37,971 nt of DNA from an uncultured Gemmatimonadales bacterium (GCA_963793305.1 CAWBZV010000019.1:1-37971), one strand, 5' to 3'; shown: positions 17,723 through 27,640, counted from the stretch's first letter. Translations and numbers: made by a program. The notes: generated by a model not told the origin, from the sequence alone.

Positions 17723-19042
17723 CTATCGGCCACCACCACGCGGCTGCCCTTGAGCCACAGGCGCGCCGGTGATGATCTCATCTCCGACTTGAAGCGACCC
17801 GCCGAGGACCGCCACCGCCTCGGTATGCGCATGGTCGGTAATGCCGAGCGCGATGCGCACCGGCTCGACGGAGTTGTCAGCGTGGAGCTTCCAGACGACC
17901 GCCTGCTCCGCGTCCGTGACTCTCGGGCGACGCTCGCTGGTACTGTCCGCGCTCCCCGGTCGTGACCGCGGCGCGTCACCCACCGGCGGGGTCGCCGCAT
18001 CGTGTGGGATGCCGTACTTGACGTACAACGCCCGAATCTCATCGGGTGGCAGCGCCGGATGAAATCGCAACGCGCTGTTCGGAACCTCGATGACGTTCGT
18101 GACCGATGCCACGGGCACGGTCACGTACGCTGTCATCCCGGGCAACAGCTTGAGCTCCGGGTTGTTCAAATCGATGATCGCGTCATACGTCACCACGTTC
18201 TGCACGGTCGTCGCGTTCATGCGGATCTCGTTCACCACCCCGGTGAACGTCTCCTTCGGGAACGCATCGACCTTGAACGTCACCCCCTGACGCACGCGCA
18301 CGCGGCCCACGTCCGACTCGTCGGTCTTTGCGTACAGTTGCATCTTCGTCAGATCCTGCGCGATCGTGAAGATCGTTGGCGCCTGCAGCGATGCCGCAAC
18401 GGTCTGCCCGACATCGACGTTGCGCGCGACCACGACGCCGTTGACCGGAGAGCGGATCACGGTATAGTCGAGGTTCGTCTGCGCGACGGCCACTGCGGCG
18501 ACGGCCTGGGTCACCTGGGCCTTCGCCTGGGTGACCGCGGCGTCGGCGGCGCCAACGGCCGCCTTCGCCATCTCGTAGGTCGATTTCGAGAGGACGAGCG
18601 CGGATTGCGTGACGTAGTCCTTCGCGGCCAGCGGGCCGTTGCGATCGTAGTCGTCCTTGGCCTGCACGAGATGCGCCTTCGCTTGCTCGCGGTTCGCCTC
18701 CGCGGCAGCCACGTTCGCTCTCGCGGCCTCGAGTCCGGCTTGCGCCTGCTCGAGTGCGCCCTTGAAGAGCGACTGGTCGATCAGCGCGACGATCTCGCCC
18801 GTGTGGACCTGGGAGTTGAAGTCCACGTACAGCTTGGCGATCGTCCCCGAGACTTGCGAGCCAACTTGCACGGTCTTGACGGGGTTGATCGTCGCGGTGA
18901 GATCGACGACGTCCTGGATGTCGCCGCGCGCGACATGGTCCGTGAAGTACTCTGCCTTCGCGCCTCCCCGCGTGCGCATCGCGATGAGCACCACGACGAG
19001 CGCCATCGCGGCGCCCAACGCGATCCAGCGGTTCCTATTCAT
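17723..19042 (-). CDS. Efflux periplasmic adaptor (MacA-like membrane fusion protein)
   Basis: VQVGSQVSGTI, coiled-coil hairpin, IRSPVNGVVV..NVDVGQTVAASLQAP, LLPGMTA. Confidence 0.93.
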   Translation of the reverse strand: MNRNRWIALGAAMALVVVLIAMRTRGGAKAEYFTDHVARGDIQDVVDLTATINPVKTVQVGSQVSGTIAKLYVDFNSQVHTGEIVALIDQSLFKGALEQAQAGLEAARANVAAAEANREQAKAHLVQAKDDYDRNGPLAAKDYVTQSALVLSKSTYEMAKAAVGAADAAVTQAKAQVTQAVAAVAVAQTNLDYTVIRSPVNGVVVARNVDVGQTVAASLQAPTIFTIAQDLTKMQLYAKTDESDVGRVRVRQGVTFKVDAFPKETFTGVVNEIRMNATTVQNVVTYDAIIDLNNPELKLLPGMTAYVTVPVASVTNVIEVPNSALRFHPALPPDEIRALYVKYGIPHDAATPPVGDAPRSRPGSADSTSERRPRVTDAEQAVVWKLHADNSVEPVRIALGITDHAHTEAVAVLGGSLQVGDEIITGAPVAQGQPRGGGR

Positions 19043-20252
19043 ACCGAAGCGCATCGATCGGATCGAGCAACGACGCTTTTCGCGCGGGATAGTACCCGAA
19101 GAAGACGCCGACGGCGACCGAGAACACCACCGCCAGGATGACCGCCTCGGGCGCGAATTTCATCGGCCACCCGAGCGTGCGCCCGCCGATGGTCGAACCG
19201 AGTACGCCGAGAAGGACACCGGCCGCACCGCCGACGAGCGAGAGCATGACGGACTCGCCGAGGAACTGCAGCTGAATTGCGGTCTCAGTCGCGCCCACGG
19301 CCACACGCACGCCGATCTCGCGCGTGCGCTCGGTGACCGAGACGAGCATGACGTTCATGATGCCGATGCCCCCGACTAAGAGCGAGATCGAGGCTATTGC
19401 CACGAGCAGGAGCGTGAGTGTTCGACTGGCCTCGATCTGTGCCTTGATGATGTCCTCGGGGTTCCGGATGTTGAAGTCATCATCCTCGTCGGGCCGCAGA
19501 TGATGCCGATCGCGGAGCAATGCCGCCGCTTGCTGCCCGGCGGCACGGATCGCGTCCGCGGAGACCGCCGAGCAGACGATATCATCCAGCCAGTTGTTCC
19601 CTTTGATCTTCTTCATGACGGTCGTGTACGGCAGGATCACGGTGTCGTCCTGGTCACGCCCTGACACGTCCTGTCCTTTCGGCGTCAGCGTCGCGACGAC
19701 CAGGCACGGCAACGTCGACACGCGGATCACTTTGCCGATCGGGTTCTCGGCGCCGAACAACTGATCGCGCACGGTGCGGCCGATCACGCACACGTCGGCG
19801 GCGCGATCGACGTCGTCGCGCGAGAAGAACGCGCCCTGGTCCACGAACCAGCGCTTGATCTCGAAGTACTCGGGGCTCACGCCGCGATAGCTCGTGAACC
19901 AGTTCTGGTTGCCGTAGATGATCTGGATCGAGCCGTCGACGTTGGGCGAGATGCTCTTGATGAGCGGGATCTGCTCTTTGATCGCGAGCGCGTCGGCGAC
20001 CGTCAGCGTGGGCATCCCATGATCGCCGGTGCGCACGCCGTTGACGGCCCGGCCGCCTTCCTCGATCCACACGAAGTTGTCGCCGAGGTTGTTGAGCTGT
20101 TGCTCAACGCGCGCTTGGCCAGCTTTGCCGATAGCGACAACGCAGATGACGGCAGCGATCCCAATCGTGATGCCGAGGACGGTCAGGATGCTCCGTAACT
20201 TGTTGCGGAGCAACGCGTAAACCGATGACCCCAGTAGGGCGCTGTATTTCAT
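19035..20252 (-). CDS. ABC transporter permease (MacB-like, without fused ATPase)
   Basis: NKLRSILTVLGITIGIAAV, ISLLVGGIGIMNVMLVSVTERTREIG, PARKASLLDPIDALRYE. Confidence 0.95.
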   Translation of the reverse strand: MKYSALLGSSVYALLRNKLRSILTVLGITIGIAAVICVVAIGKAGQARVEQQLNNLGDNFVWIEEGGRAVNGVRTGDHGMPTLTVADALAIKEQIPLIKSISPNVDGSIQIIYGNQNWFTSYRGVSPEYFEIKRWFVDQGAFFSRDDVDRAADVCVIGRTVRDQLFGAENPIGKVIRVSTLPCLVVATLTPKGQDVSGRDQDDTVILPYTTVMKKIKGNNWLDDIVCSAVSADAIRAAGQQAAALLRDRHHLRPDEDDDFNIRNPEDIIKAQIEASRTLTLLLVAIASISLLVGGIGIMNVMLVSVTERTREIGVRVAVGATETAIQLQFLGESVMLSLVGGAAGVLLGVLGSTIGGRTLGWPMKFAPEAVILAVVFSVAVGVFFGYYPARKASLLDPIDALRYE

Positions 20253-20375
20253 CACCCCAATTCTACTGATCTAACCTGACAAGAGCCTGTCCATACCGGG
20301 CTCAGCGTTACATGAGAGCCTCCTCACTCGTCATGATGACCGAAGGGCTGAAGGCAACTGTCAGGAGATTTGACA

Positions 20376-22687
20376 ATGCTGCGCACAACGTTGGTTTCCC
20401 TCGTTGTCGCCGCGAGCCTCATGGCTTGCAGCGACAACGCGAACATGATCGCGCCCCATACCGTCTCAGAGACGGGTGGGAGAGCGTCGCGTTCCACGCT
20501 GTTGTGCACGGCGAGTGTCCATCCCCAGTCGGTGACGTGCACGCCCCTCGCTGGCGCCAACGGCGCCGTGGCCGCGGCGCGAGCGATCGGCGCGCGGAAC
20601 GTCATTGTCGGCAAGCAGAACGTCTACGTCTTCCTCGCCACCAGCAACTTCGCGTTCAATAGCGGGACGAACATTTTCTCGTTCAACGCGACCGTGCAGA
20701 ACCTGATGACGCAGCCGATCGGCACGCAGAACGGCACGGCGGTCGCCGGCGGTGGCGTCGATGTCTTCTTCACGTCAGGCCCCTTTATCAATTGCGGCAC
20801 GGGCACGGTGTCGGTGGACTCCGCGTTGACCGGAACGTTCACGGCCAGTGGCCAGCAGTACTATCAGTACAACCAGATCATCAAGCCGGATTCCGTCAGC
20901 GCCACGCACAAGTGGCAGTTCCTCCTCGGCCCCAGCGTCTGCGGCTTCCAGTTCTATGTCGAAGTCTCGGGCGACATGCCGGCCGAAGGCAGCGTGCTGC
21001 GTTGGACGCCAGTCCACCAAGGTGTGACGGGCAACCAACTGACGGCCGTGTGGCAAGACAGCGCGGATAACGTCTTCGCCGTCGGTCTCAACGGCACCGT
21101 GCTGCACTACAATGGCACGACCTGGACCGCGCTCCCGCTCAACCAACCGACGTATCAGCTCCGCGCCGTGTACGGGACGTTCGAGCACCAACGTCTCGGA
21201 TGGTCGGCGACAACGGCGTCACCGTCCACTACAACGGCTCGACGTTCACGACCGTCTCGAGCGGCGTCACCCCGGCCCCGAATCTCAAGGGCGTGTGGGA
21301 AGCCAACTCCAAGAACATCTACGCCGTCGGCGGCGCGATCACCGTCCTCCAATCGCGGAACGCGACATCGTGGACGTCGATCGCGACCCCACACGGTGTC
21401 GTCGACACGTTGCGCGCGGTCTGGGGCGCTGACTCGGCCCACATCTTCGTCGTCGGCGACGCGGGTCGCCTCCTCATGTACAACGGCACGGCGTGGACCG
21501 CGTTCGCGAAACCCACCGGCAACCCGCCGTTCCGCGGCGTCTGGGGCTCGAGTGCCACCAACGTGTTCGCGGTCGCGACGAACGGCTCGGTCTATCAGTA
21601 CAACGGTTCGACGTGGACCGCGATGAACAGCAATAACACGAACGAGCTCGATGCGGTCGGCGGCACCTCGGCGAGCAACGTCTGGGCGGTCGGCGTCGAC
21701 GGCACCACGATCCACTACAATGGGTCCGGGAACTGGACGTTCTTGGGTCCCCCGATCGGCCTCAACTTGCACGGCGTGTCGAGCGGCAGCGCGTCGCCCA
21801 CGTGGGCCGTCGGCGACGGCGGCACGCTCATCTCGCTCAACGGCACGACCGAGACGGTGTCCGCGCAGAGCGGATTCCCGATCCTCCGGATCTGGGCGGC
21901 GAATGACACCAGCATCTGGGCCACGACCGTCGGCACGGTTCTGCACTCCCACGATGGCGCGACGTGGTCGGTCTCGTACGTTTCGAGCACGGCCTCCGAC
22001 ACGATGCTCGGACTCTGGGGGTTCAGCCCCGTCGATGTCCACACGCTGAGCGTCAACGGCAACGTGGCCAAGTGGAACGGCACGTCATGGACGCCGTCGG
22101 TGCACGGCGGCGTGAGCTGGCGCGCCGAGTGGGGTGACCAGGCCGACACGAACGTCCTCTGCGCCGCCTCGGCGACTGGCACGGTCTATTGCAACGACGT
22201 CGCGACGAATGCCCAGGCCGGCACCGTGCAGCTCATGTCCCTCTGGGGCTCGTCGAACACGACGCTGTACACGACGGCCGTTAACGGCAACATCTACCAA
22301 TCGACGGACAGCGGCACGACCTTCAACGCGATGACGAGCGGCACGACCGACACGCTATTCGCGATCTGGGGCGCGAGCCCGACCGCCATCTGGGCGATGG
22401 GACAGGCCGGCACGATGCTGTTCAACAACGGCGGGGCGACGTGGACGGCGCAAGCGAGCGGAACGACCAACGACCTGCGCTGGATGTGGGCGGATACCCC
22501 GCCGACCGGCTACACCGGCGACGTCTACGCGGTCGGTGACGTGGGCACGATCCAGCACTACAATGGCACGCAATGGTCTTCCATGTGGTCCGGCGTGACC
22601 ACGACGTTGCGCGCGGTCTACGGCTTATCGCCCACGCAGGTCTATATCGTCGGGGACAACGGCGTTGTCTTGGTTGGTTCGCAGTAG
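20376..22687 (+). CDS. Large surface lipoprotein: ~200-aa N-terminal beta domain plus 14 beta-propeller (BNR/WD-like) repeats; frameshifted by two close single-base insertions
   Basis: SD AGGAG, lipobox LMAC, repeats of L.AVWG.S..N.(F/W)AVG..G...HYNG..W. Removing a T at 21180/21181 and the C at 21197 gives VYGTSSTNVWMVGDNG, which matches the repeat consensus and fuses the two ORFs. Confidence 0.85.
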
Positions 22688-23801
22688 TCCTGTCCTGCTC
22701 CTGTTGCTTCTCGGCTGCCACGACGGCCCGTCCGCTCCGGCGCAGCCGAAGACGGTCGCGATCGCCGTCGCGGGCTACGTCGAACGCAGCGCGATCGTCA
22801 CCCTGTCGGTGTCACGCGGCACGCGCGACCTGCCGGCCGACAGCGTCCAGTGGTCCGCGGTTCCTTCCGCGATCGCCGTCGTCCAATCGGGACAGCAGTT
22901 GCGGCTCATCGACACGGGCAGCGTCACCATCTCCGCGAAGGTCGGCGATACGACAGCGACAAAGGTGATCCACGTCGTAAGCCCGCCGACGATCGTGTTC
23001 GACATGGTCGACGTGAACGGCTCCGGTACCCGCACAATTTTTTCCATGGCGCTGGACGGCGTCGGCCTCACGCGCCTCGCCTCGGACTCGAGCGAAAACT
23101 CCCGCCCGACATCGGCCGCCGGGATGGTCGCCTACGCGAGCTATCGCACAGGCAGCCCGTCCTTATTTACGACGTCTCTCTCAGGTGGTACGGAAACGTC
23201 GCTCGACTCCTTGCCCTACCCTGCACTCGAGCCCGCGCTCTCCTCCGACGGCACCCACCTCGCGTTCGTGACCTCCGTCTCCGGCGACAACAAGATCTGG
23301 ACGTCGACGAGCACGGGCACCAACGCCATGGCCGTCACCTCCGGTTTCGGCACGCCTGGCGTCGACGAAGAGAACCCGACGTGGTCTCCCGCTGGCAATG
23401 CGCTCGTCTTCGTGACGACGCAATACGGCAACGCCGGTCTCGTCCAGCTGACGCTGTCTTCGTCCAAGGAGACTCCGATCAGCAACGGTACGACGACAGA
23501 CGTCGATCCCGCCTGGAGCCCCGACGGCAAGACCCTCGCGTTCGCGTCCACGCGCGACGGCGATGTGGGCATCTTTCTCTTTGCGTTCGCCACTAGTGCC
23601 GTGACGCGCCTCTCGCCAAAGCCTGGCAACGATGGCGAGCCCACCTGGCTCAGCGATGGCCGTGTCGTCTACACGTCGTGGGCCGACCCAGCCGCCCCGG
23701 TCCTCGAGTGGATCGACCCGGCGCAGCCGAGCGTCGTCCACACGATCCCGACGCCGACGGGCTCAGCTCCCGCCCACCCCGCCGCGGCGAAAGAACCCTA
23801 G
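22665..23801 (+). CDS. TolB-like (PD40 repeat) lipoprotein with N-terminal Ig-like segment
   Basis: Lipobox LLGC, PALSSDG, PTWSPAG, PAWSPDGKTLAFASTRDG, PTWLSDG. Confidence 0.85.
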   Translation: MSWLVRSSPVLLLLLLGCHDGPSAPAQPKTVAIAVAGYVERSAIVTLSVSRGTRDLPADSVQWSAVPSAIAVVQSGQQLRLIDTGSVTISAKVGDTTATKVIHVVSPPTIVFDMVDVNGSGTRTIFSMALDGVGLTRLASDSSENSRPTSAAGMVAYASYRTGSPSLFTTSLSGGTETSLDSLPYPALEPALSSDGTHLAFVTSVSGDNKIWTSTSTGTNAMAVTSGFGTPGVDEENPTWSPAGNALVFVTTQYGNAGLVQLTLSSSKETPISNGTTTDVDPAWSPDGKTLAFASTRDGDVGIFLFAFATSAVTRLSPKPGNDGEPTWLSDGRVVYTSWADPAAPVLEWIDPAQPSVVHTIPTPTGSAPAHPAAAKEP

Positions 23802-24581
23802 GATCCGCTGCTCGTACTCCTGAGCGGCCACGGCGTAGAGATCCTCATGCGCCGCGCCCGGCACGAGCCAAAGACTCTTGGGTTCGTTCGCGGCCTCGAA
23901 CATGGCTCTCGTCTCGGCCGGCGGAGTCCAATGATCCTCCTCGCCCCCGACGATGAAGATCGGCGCATGTACCTGGGCGATGTGATCGATAGGCCGCAGA
24001 TCGCTCGCACTCAACCCCAGTCTCGGTCGAAGCTGCCAAAGCAGGAGTGAGGCGCCGAAGGCGCCCACCCGATTGCGGGTAGCCTGTACGATGGTGGGAA
24101 ACACGGATTCCAACACCAGCGCGTCCACGTCGAGTGGGTGCGGTCCCAGCAACGCCGCCGCGCCACCGAGCGACACCGCGATCACCCCAACGCGTTCCCC
24201 GGGCGCTTTCTGTCGCAACACGTCGAGCGCCGATTGGACGTCGAGGCCTTCCTTGATGCCGAACGTGATGCGATCGCCTGTACTCTCACCGTGCGCCTGC
24301 AGATCAAACAGCAACACGGAATACCCCGCGCGGTGCAAGAATCTCGCGCGCGGCAACATGACGCGCCGATCCGCGTGTATACCGTGTACCAGCAAGACAG
24401 CGCCATGGCCGGGCGCGCCGGGCACGTACCACCCGCGAAGTGTCGCGCCTGACGCCGATCGGAACGCGATGGCGGTCGCGCCGAGGTCGGCTGGCGGCGA
24501 GCCGATGACCGAACGCATCGGACAGACGAACAGGTACCCGGCGTAGAGATCGACGCCGATGGCGATCCCGATCACGATCAC
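23763..24581 (-). CDS. Alpha/beta hydrolase (membrane-anchored, YqkD/Hydrolase_4-like); start uncertain
   Basis: LRGWYVP, VHG, FDLQAHGES.G, AVSLGG nucleophile elbow, GEEDHWT, GAAHEDL. GTG 24581 chosen because a divergent gene starts at 24601. Confidence 0.85.
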   Translation of the reverse strand: MIVIGIAIGVDLYAGYLFVCPMRSVIGSPPADLGATAIAFRSASGATLRGWYVPGAPGHGAVLLVHGIHADRRVMLPRARFLHRAGYSVLLFDLQAHGESTGDRITFGIKEGLDVQSALDVLRQKAPGERVGVIAVSLGGAAALLGPHPLDVDALVLESVFPTIVQATRNRVGAFGASLLLWQLRPRLGLSASDLRPIDHIAQVHAPIFIVGGEEDHWTPPAETRAMFEAANEPKSLWLVPGAAHEDLYAVAAQEYEQRILGFFRRGGVGGS

Positions 24582-24600
24582 CAGCGCGATACATTGCGGG

Positions 24601-24813
24601 ATGCCGACCAAACTCGATAAAGCGCTCAAGCGCGAGATCATCGTCCGCGATCAGACACTAGTCGCGACACTCACGCCCGATGGGCTGACGCTCACCGAAA
24701 AAGGCCACCGCAAGGGCAAGACGTTCACGTGGTATGATCTCTGGAGCGGTGGAACGGAGCTCATGAGCCAGCTCCAGGCCAGCGTTACCGAAGGCGGAGC
24801 CCGGCGAGAATAG
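24601..24813 (+). CDS. Small conserved hypothetical protein (70 aa)
   Basis: MPTKLDKALKREI...TLTPDGLTLTEKGHRKGKTFTW resembles a recurring small-protein family. TACATT 5 nt before ATG. Confidence 0.7.
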   Translation: MPTKLDKALKREIIVRDQTLVATLTPDGLTLTEKGHRKGKTFTWYDLWSGGTELMSQLQASVTEGGARRE

Positions 24814-25300
24814 GCAAGAACGTCGTGTTGCCGCCGAACGGGCTGGCGTACGCGACGTGGTACCGCGTCTCGAAGAACGCGTGCACGAACGGCCCCAGGG
24901 GGAACCGCACGCCGCCGCCGATGTTGAGACCGGTGCCGAAGCGGCTATGGTGGCTGTCGTCGCCGCCAACCTCGACATCGTAGACGCCCACCCCGCCGAT
25001 GACGTACGGCGTGATGCCGGGCGTCGGCACATCGATCACGACGTCGAACGTCCCACCGACGACGTTCGAGCTGCCGACGCCCGGGTTGCTCACCGCGAAC
25101 CGGCTCCAGAGAACATCACCGCGAAAGGCGATCGGCCCCGGGATGGGCCGGAGATCGCCGCTCGCTTGAAAGTCGAACCCGACATCGAGCGGGCGGCCAA
25201 AGCGGCTCGTCGGTACCGCTAGCCCGCCAGCGACGCCGAGGATGGGAACCTGTGCCCCGGCGGGCAGTGCCATCACTAGCGCGACCAATACAGCTCGCAT
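24785..25300 (-). CDS. Outer-membrane beta-barrel (OmpA-TM/porin-like) protein
   Basis: Signal peptide, amphipathic strands, PYVIGGVG, GLNIGGGVRF, FFETRYH. Start overlaps the doxX stop (TGATG). Confidence 0.85.
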   Translation of the reverse strand: MRAVLVALVMALPAGAQVPILGVAGGLAVPTSRFGRPLDVGFDFQASGDLRPIPGPIAFRGDVLWSRFAVSNPGVGSSNVVGGTFDVVIDVPTPGITPYVIGGVGVYDVEVGGDDSHHSRFGTGLNIGGGVRFPLGPFVHAFFETRYHVAYASPFGGNTTFLPILAGLRLR

Positions 25301-25776
25301 CACGCCCTCGCGTGCTCCAGTGCCGCGGCCGCCTGCTTCTTCGAAATCGCGAGGTCGACCGACCACGCACCGCCGCCATAAATCATAACGAAGAGACAGA
25401 GTCCCAGCGCCAGGATGTGAAACTCGAACCCTTCGCCCTTCTGGTTGCCCAACCAGTTCATGAAGAACCCGTTGTACCAATGCACCATGAATACCGCGAC
25501 CGTCATGTTGCACGCGATCCCGAACGCGGCCACGCGCGTCAGGAACCCAGTGAGCAACCCTATCGACCCCAACCCTTCGGCCAGTATCGCGAGCACCGCG
25601 AACGCCGCCGGGATGTGCGCTTGATCCGTGAAGTAATGGAGCGTCCCCTGGAACCCGAAACCGCCGAACCACCCGAAGAGCTTCTGCATGCCATGCGGAA
25701 AGAACACGATCCCGAGCGTGAGCCGGGCCAACGTCGGCGCGAACCGGTCCTCGGTCGCAACCAGCGATCGCAGCAT
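25300..25776 (-). CDS. DoxX-family membrane protein
   Basis: RLTLGIVFFPHGMQKLFGWFGG, GFLTR, GFFMNW.G.QKGEGFEFH, GGGAWSVD. SD GGAGGAG. Confidence 0.93.
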   Translation of the reverse strand: MLRSLVATEDRFAPTLARLTLGIVFFPHGMQKLFGWFGGFGFQGTLHYFTDQAHIPAAFAVLAILAEGLGSIGLLTGFLTRVAAFGIACNMTVAVFMVHWYNGFFMNWLGNQKGEGFEFHILALGLCLFVMIYGGGAWSVDLAISKKQAAAALEHARA

Positions 25777-25863
25777 GCGAGACTCCTCCGTGTAGAACTC
25801 GGCGAATGCCGAGTTCAGTTCAACCAACTGTCCCACGCTAGCCGGCGGGCGAAGGCACGCCTG

Positions 25864-26241
25864 CTAGTGTGGTGGGGCTGGGACGACGGCCTCGGCTTCG
25901 GCGCCTGGGAGCGCGGGGTTGGTGGCTACGGCACGATAGCCGCCGCCGTCGGTGGTCGTGATCGCCACGATATTGCCGTTCGTGAGCTTGAGCGGCGCGA
26001 GATCGGCGACCGTGTACGCGTAGACGTGATGCGCGGCGTAGTAGCCGGCCTCGGCCTTCCGAACATTGCCGAGGTCCTTCGCCATATCCTGCGCGATGCG
26101 ACGCTGCGTCGAATCACTGAGACCGAGCTCAATGGCGCCCGGCAGCCGCTGTGTCTTCGGCGTGTCGGTCTGCACCTGTTGCCCTGCTGCCAGTCGAGGC
26201 AGCATGACCAGCAACCCGATGGCCGTCGTCCGCGCCAACAT
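25864..26241 (-). CDS. Secreted protein with a pilin-head-like domain
   Basis: Sec-type signal. MAKDLGNVRKAEAGYYAAHHVY...GGYRAVATN resembles the C-terminal half of the type IV pilin alpha1 helix plus head. Confidence 0.55.
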   Translation of the reverse strand: MLARTTAIGLLVMLPRLAAGQQVQTDTPKTQRLPGAIELGLSDSTQRRIAQDMAKDLGNVRKAEAGYYAAHHVYAYTVADLAPLKLTNGNIVAITTTDGGGYRAVATNPALPGAEAEAVVPAPPH

Positions 26242-26242
26242 G

Positions 26243-26911
26243 TTATTTCGCCGCGTGCACGGTGAGCTCACCGAGGCGCAGGTGCGCCTCGGCCGATTGC
26301 GGAGTGGCATCATCCTTCGCCAGCTCGCGCCAGATTGCCACCGCGTGGGCTGTGTCGGCGGCGTTCGTATAGGCACGAGCCGCGTTCGCCTTGAAGTGCG
26401 CCTGGTCATTGGGGTACGGCGACGCGGCGGCTGCGGCCAGGTAATGCGTGGCCGCATCCTGGTACTTCGCTTGCTCCGAGTACCCGTCCCCGATGAGCGC
26501 TTCAACACCAGGTGCAAACGCGGCCGACGCGCCAGAGCGCGGTGCGGTTTGCAACGTCGAGAGGCCGTCGACGTACTTGCCCTGCGCGTAGTACGTCTCC
26601 GCCAGGATCATCGACGCCTGCGTCGCCGCGGGGGTGCCACCGAAGCGGGTAATGATGCGCTTGAGATCGGTCTGCGCGAGCGGGACGTTCCCGGCGGCCA
26701 GCGTCCGCAGGGGCGCCGCGAGTTGCGCGTCGGCCCGCTGGAGTTGCTGCCGGGACGAGTAGCGGTACAACCAGAGCACGCCGATGAGAGCGACGAGAAT
26801 CACGCCGGCGATCGACAGCTCGCGCGTGTAGAGCCGGGCCCAGTCCTGCAGGCTCTCGGTGCGCTCTTCCAGGGTCGGCCGGCTTGCAGTCGCGGCCGCG
26901 GCAGGGGTCAT
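26243..26911 (-). CDS. Membrane-anchored TPR protein (YfgM-like)
   Basis: Single N-terminal TM, then RFGGTPAA..A.MILAETYYAQGKY and further TPR helices. Confidence 0.8.
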   Translation of the reverse strand: MTPAAAATASRPTLEERTESLQDWARLYTRELSIAGVILVALIGVLWLYRYSSRQQLQRADAQLAAPLRTLAAGNVPLAQTDLKRIITRFGGTPAATQASMILAETYYAQGKYVDGLSTLQTAPRSGASAAFAPGVEALIGDGYSEQAKYQDAATHYLAAAAASPYPNDQAHFKANAARAYTNAADTAHAVAIWRELAKDDATPQSAEAHLRLGELTVHAAK

Positions 26912-27011
26912 TCGTGACGGCACATTCAGGTGGATGTCGAACGGGGTAAACCACGAAACCTAGGCAGGTTCCACCCGATGTGCCAGGCGCGTCGCTCGGG
27001 AGGCCGGCCAG

Positions 27012-27596
27012 CTAGTCCCGGGCGAACTGGGCGTCGCTGATCTCGTTCCAGGAGATCTCGTAGCGACAGACCTTGCCGCCTTTCGCACGGCATTCCGTCT
27101 CGCGCATTTCGACGCCGGTCGCCCCACACATCCCGAGCGCTTTCTTGTGCCACCCAATGATGGTCAAACAATCGGGAGTGCTGAACGCTTCGGCGTCATG
27201 CGTGGTGAGGACAGCGGATGTCCGCCCCGTGCTCTCGTAATCCCGCCGCCCGATCTCGTAGTACGTCCGAAAAATTATTTGCGTATTGCGCAGAAAGGCG
27301 TGAGGGTCGCCGGGCCGCAGGAAGCCCTTGTGCATAGTCGTGAGATTCCGCTCGGCCGATGCCGAGCCGAGCCGCTCGAAGAAGCGGGGATCTCCGTTGC
27401 CGAGGACCGCAACGATCGCGGCATCCATCCGCTCGCCAAGCTCGAACGGATACCACCGGATGGGCAGAATGAGCTCGAGCATGGCACGATCGGCCTGGGC
27501 GAGGCGCCCGATGACCTTCTGGACGCCGTCCTTGCCGAAATGCTCCTCGATAAACGCAACGCGCGCCTTGAGGACTGCCCCTTTCATGTGCTGCAC
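27012..27596 (-). CDS. TIGR02265/DUF2378-like protein with V4R-type C-terminus
   Basis: KGAVLKAR..F, WYPFEL, C.TIIGW, ETECRAKGGKVCRYEISW. Confidence 0.7.
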   Translation of the reverse strand: MQHMKGAVLKARVAFIEEHFGKDGVQKVIGRLAQADRAMLELILPIRWYPFELGERMDAAIVAVLGNGDPRFFERLGSASAERNLTTMHKGFLRPGDPHAFLRNTQIIFRTYYEIGRRDYESTGRTSAVLTTHDAEAFSTPDCLTIIGWHKKALGMCGATGVEMRETECRAKGGKVCRYEISWNEISDAQFARD

Positions 27597-27640
27597 CTTG
27601 GAACGACGGCCGACGCAACGAAACGTAAAATGCGTAACGC

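Noticed and set aside
20275..20375. Riboswitch-like fold (CCTGACA/TGTCAGG sequestering the SD, plus two inner stems) and a TGTCA-N7-TGACA dyad
   Set aside because: It matches no riboswitch consensus I recognise, the stems are short, and a TAACCT -10 at 20272 would exclude the 5' strand from the transcript.
2872..21197. Programmed ribosomal frameshifting or phase variation in the three broken genes
   Set aside because: There are no slippery heptamers or long homopolymers. Isolated single-base insertions fit sequencing error better.
21000..22680. Recurrent nucleotide motifs (e.g. CACTACAAYGG, GTCGGCGAC) suggesting a CRISPR or tandem array, and many N-x-S/T sequons
   Set aside because: These are degenerate coding repeats of propeller blades. 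The sequons come from the YNG(T/S) turn motif.
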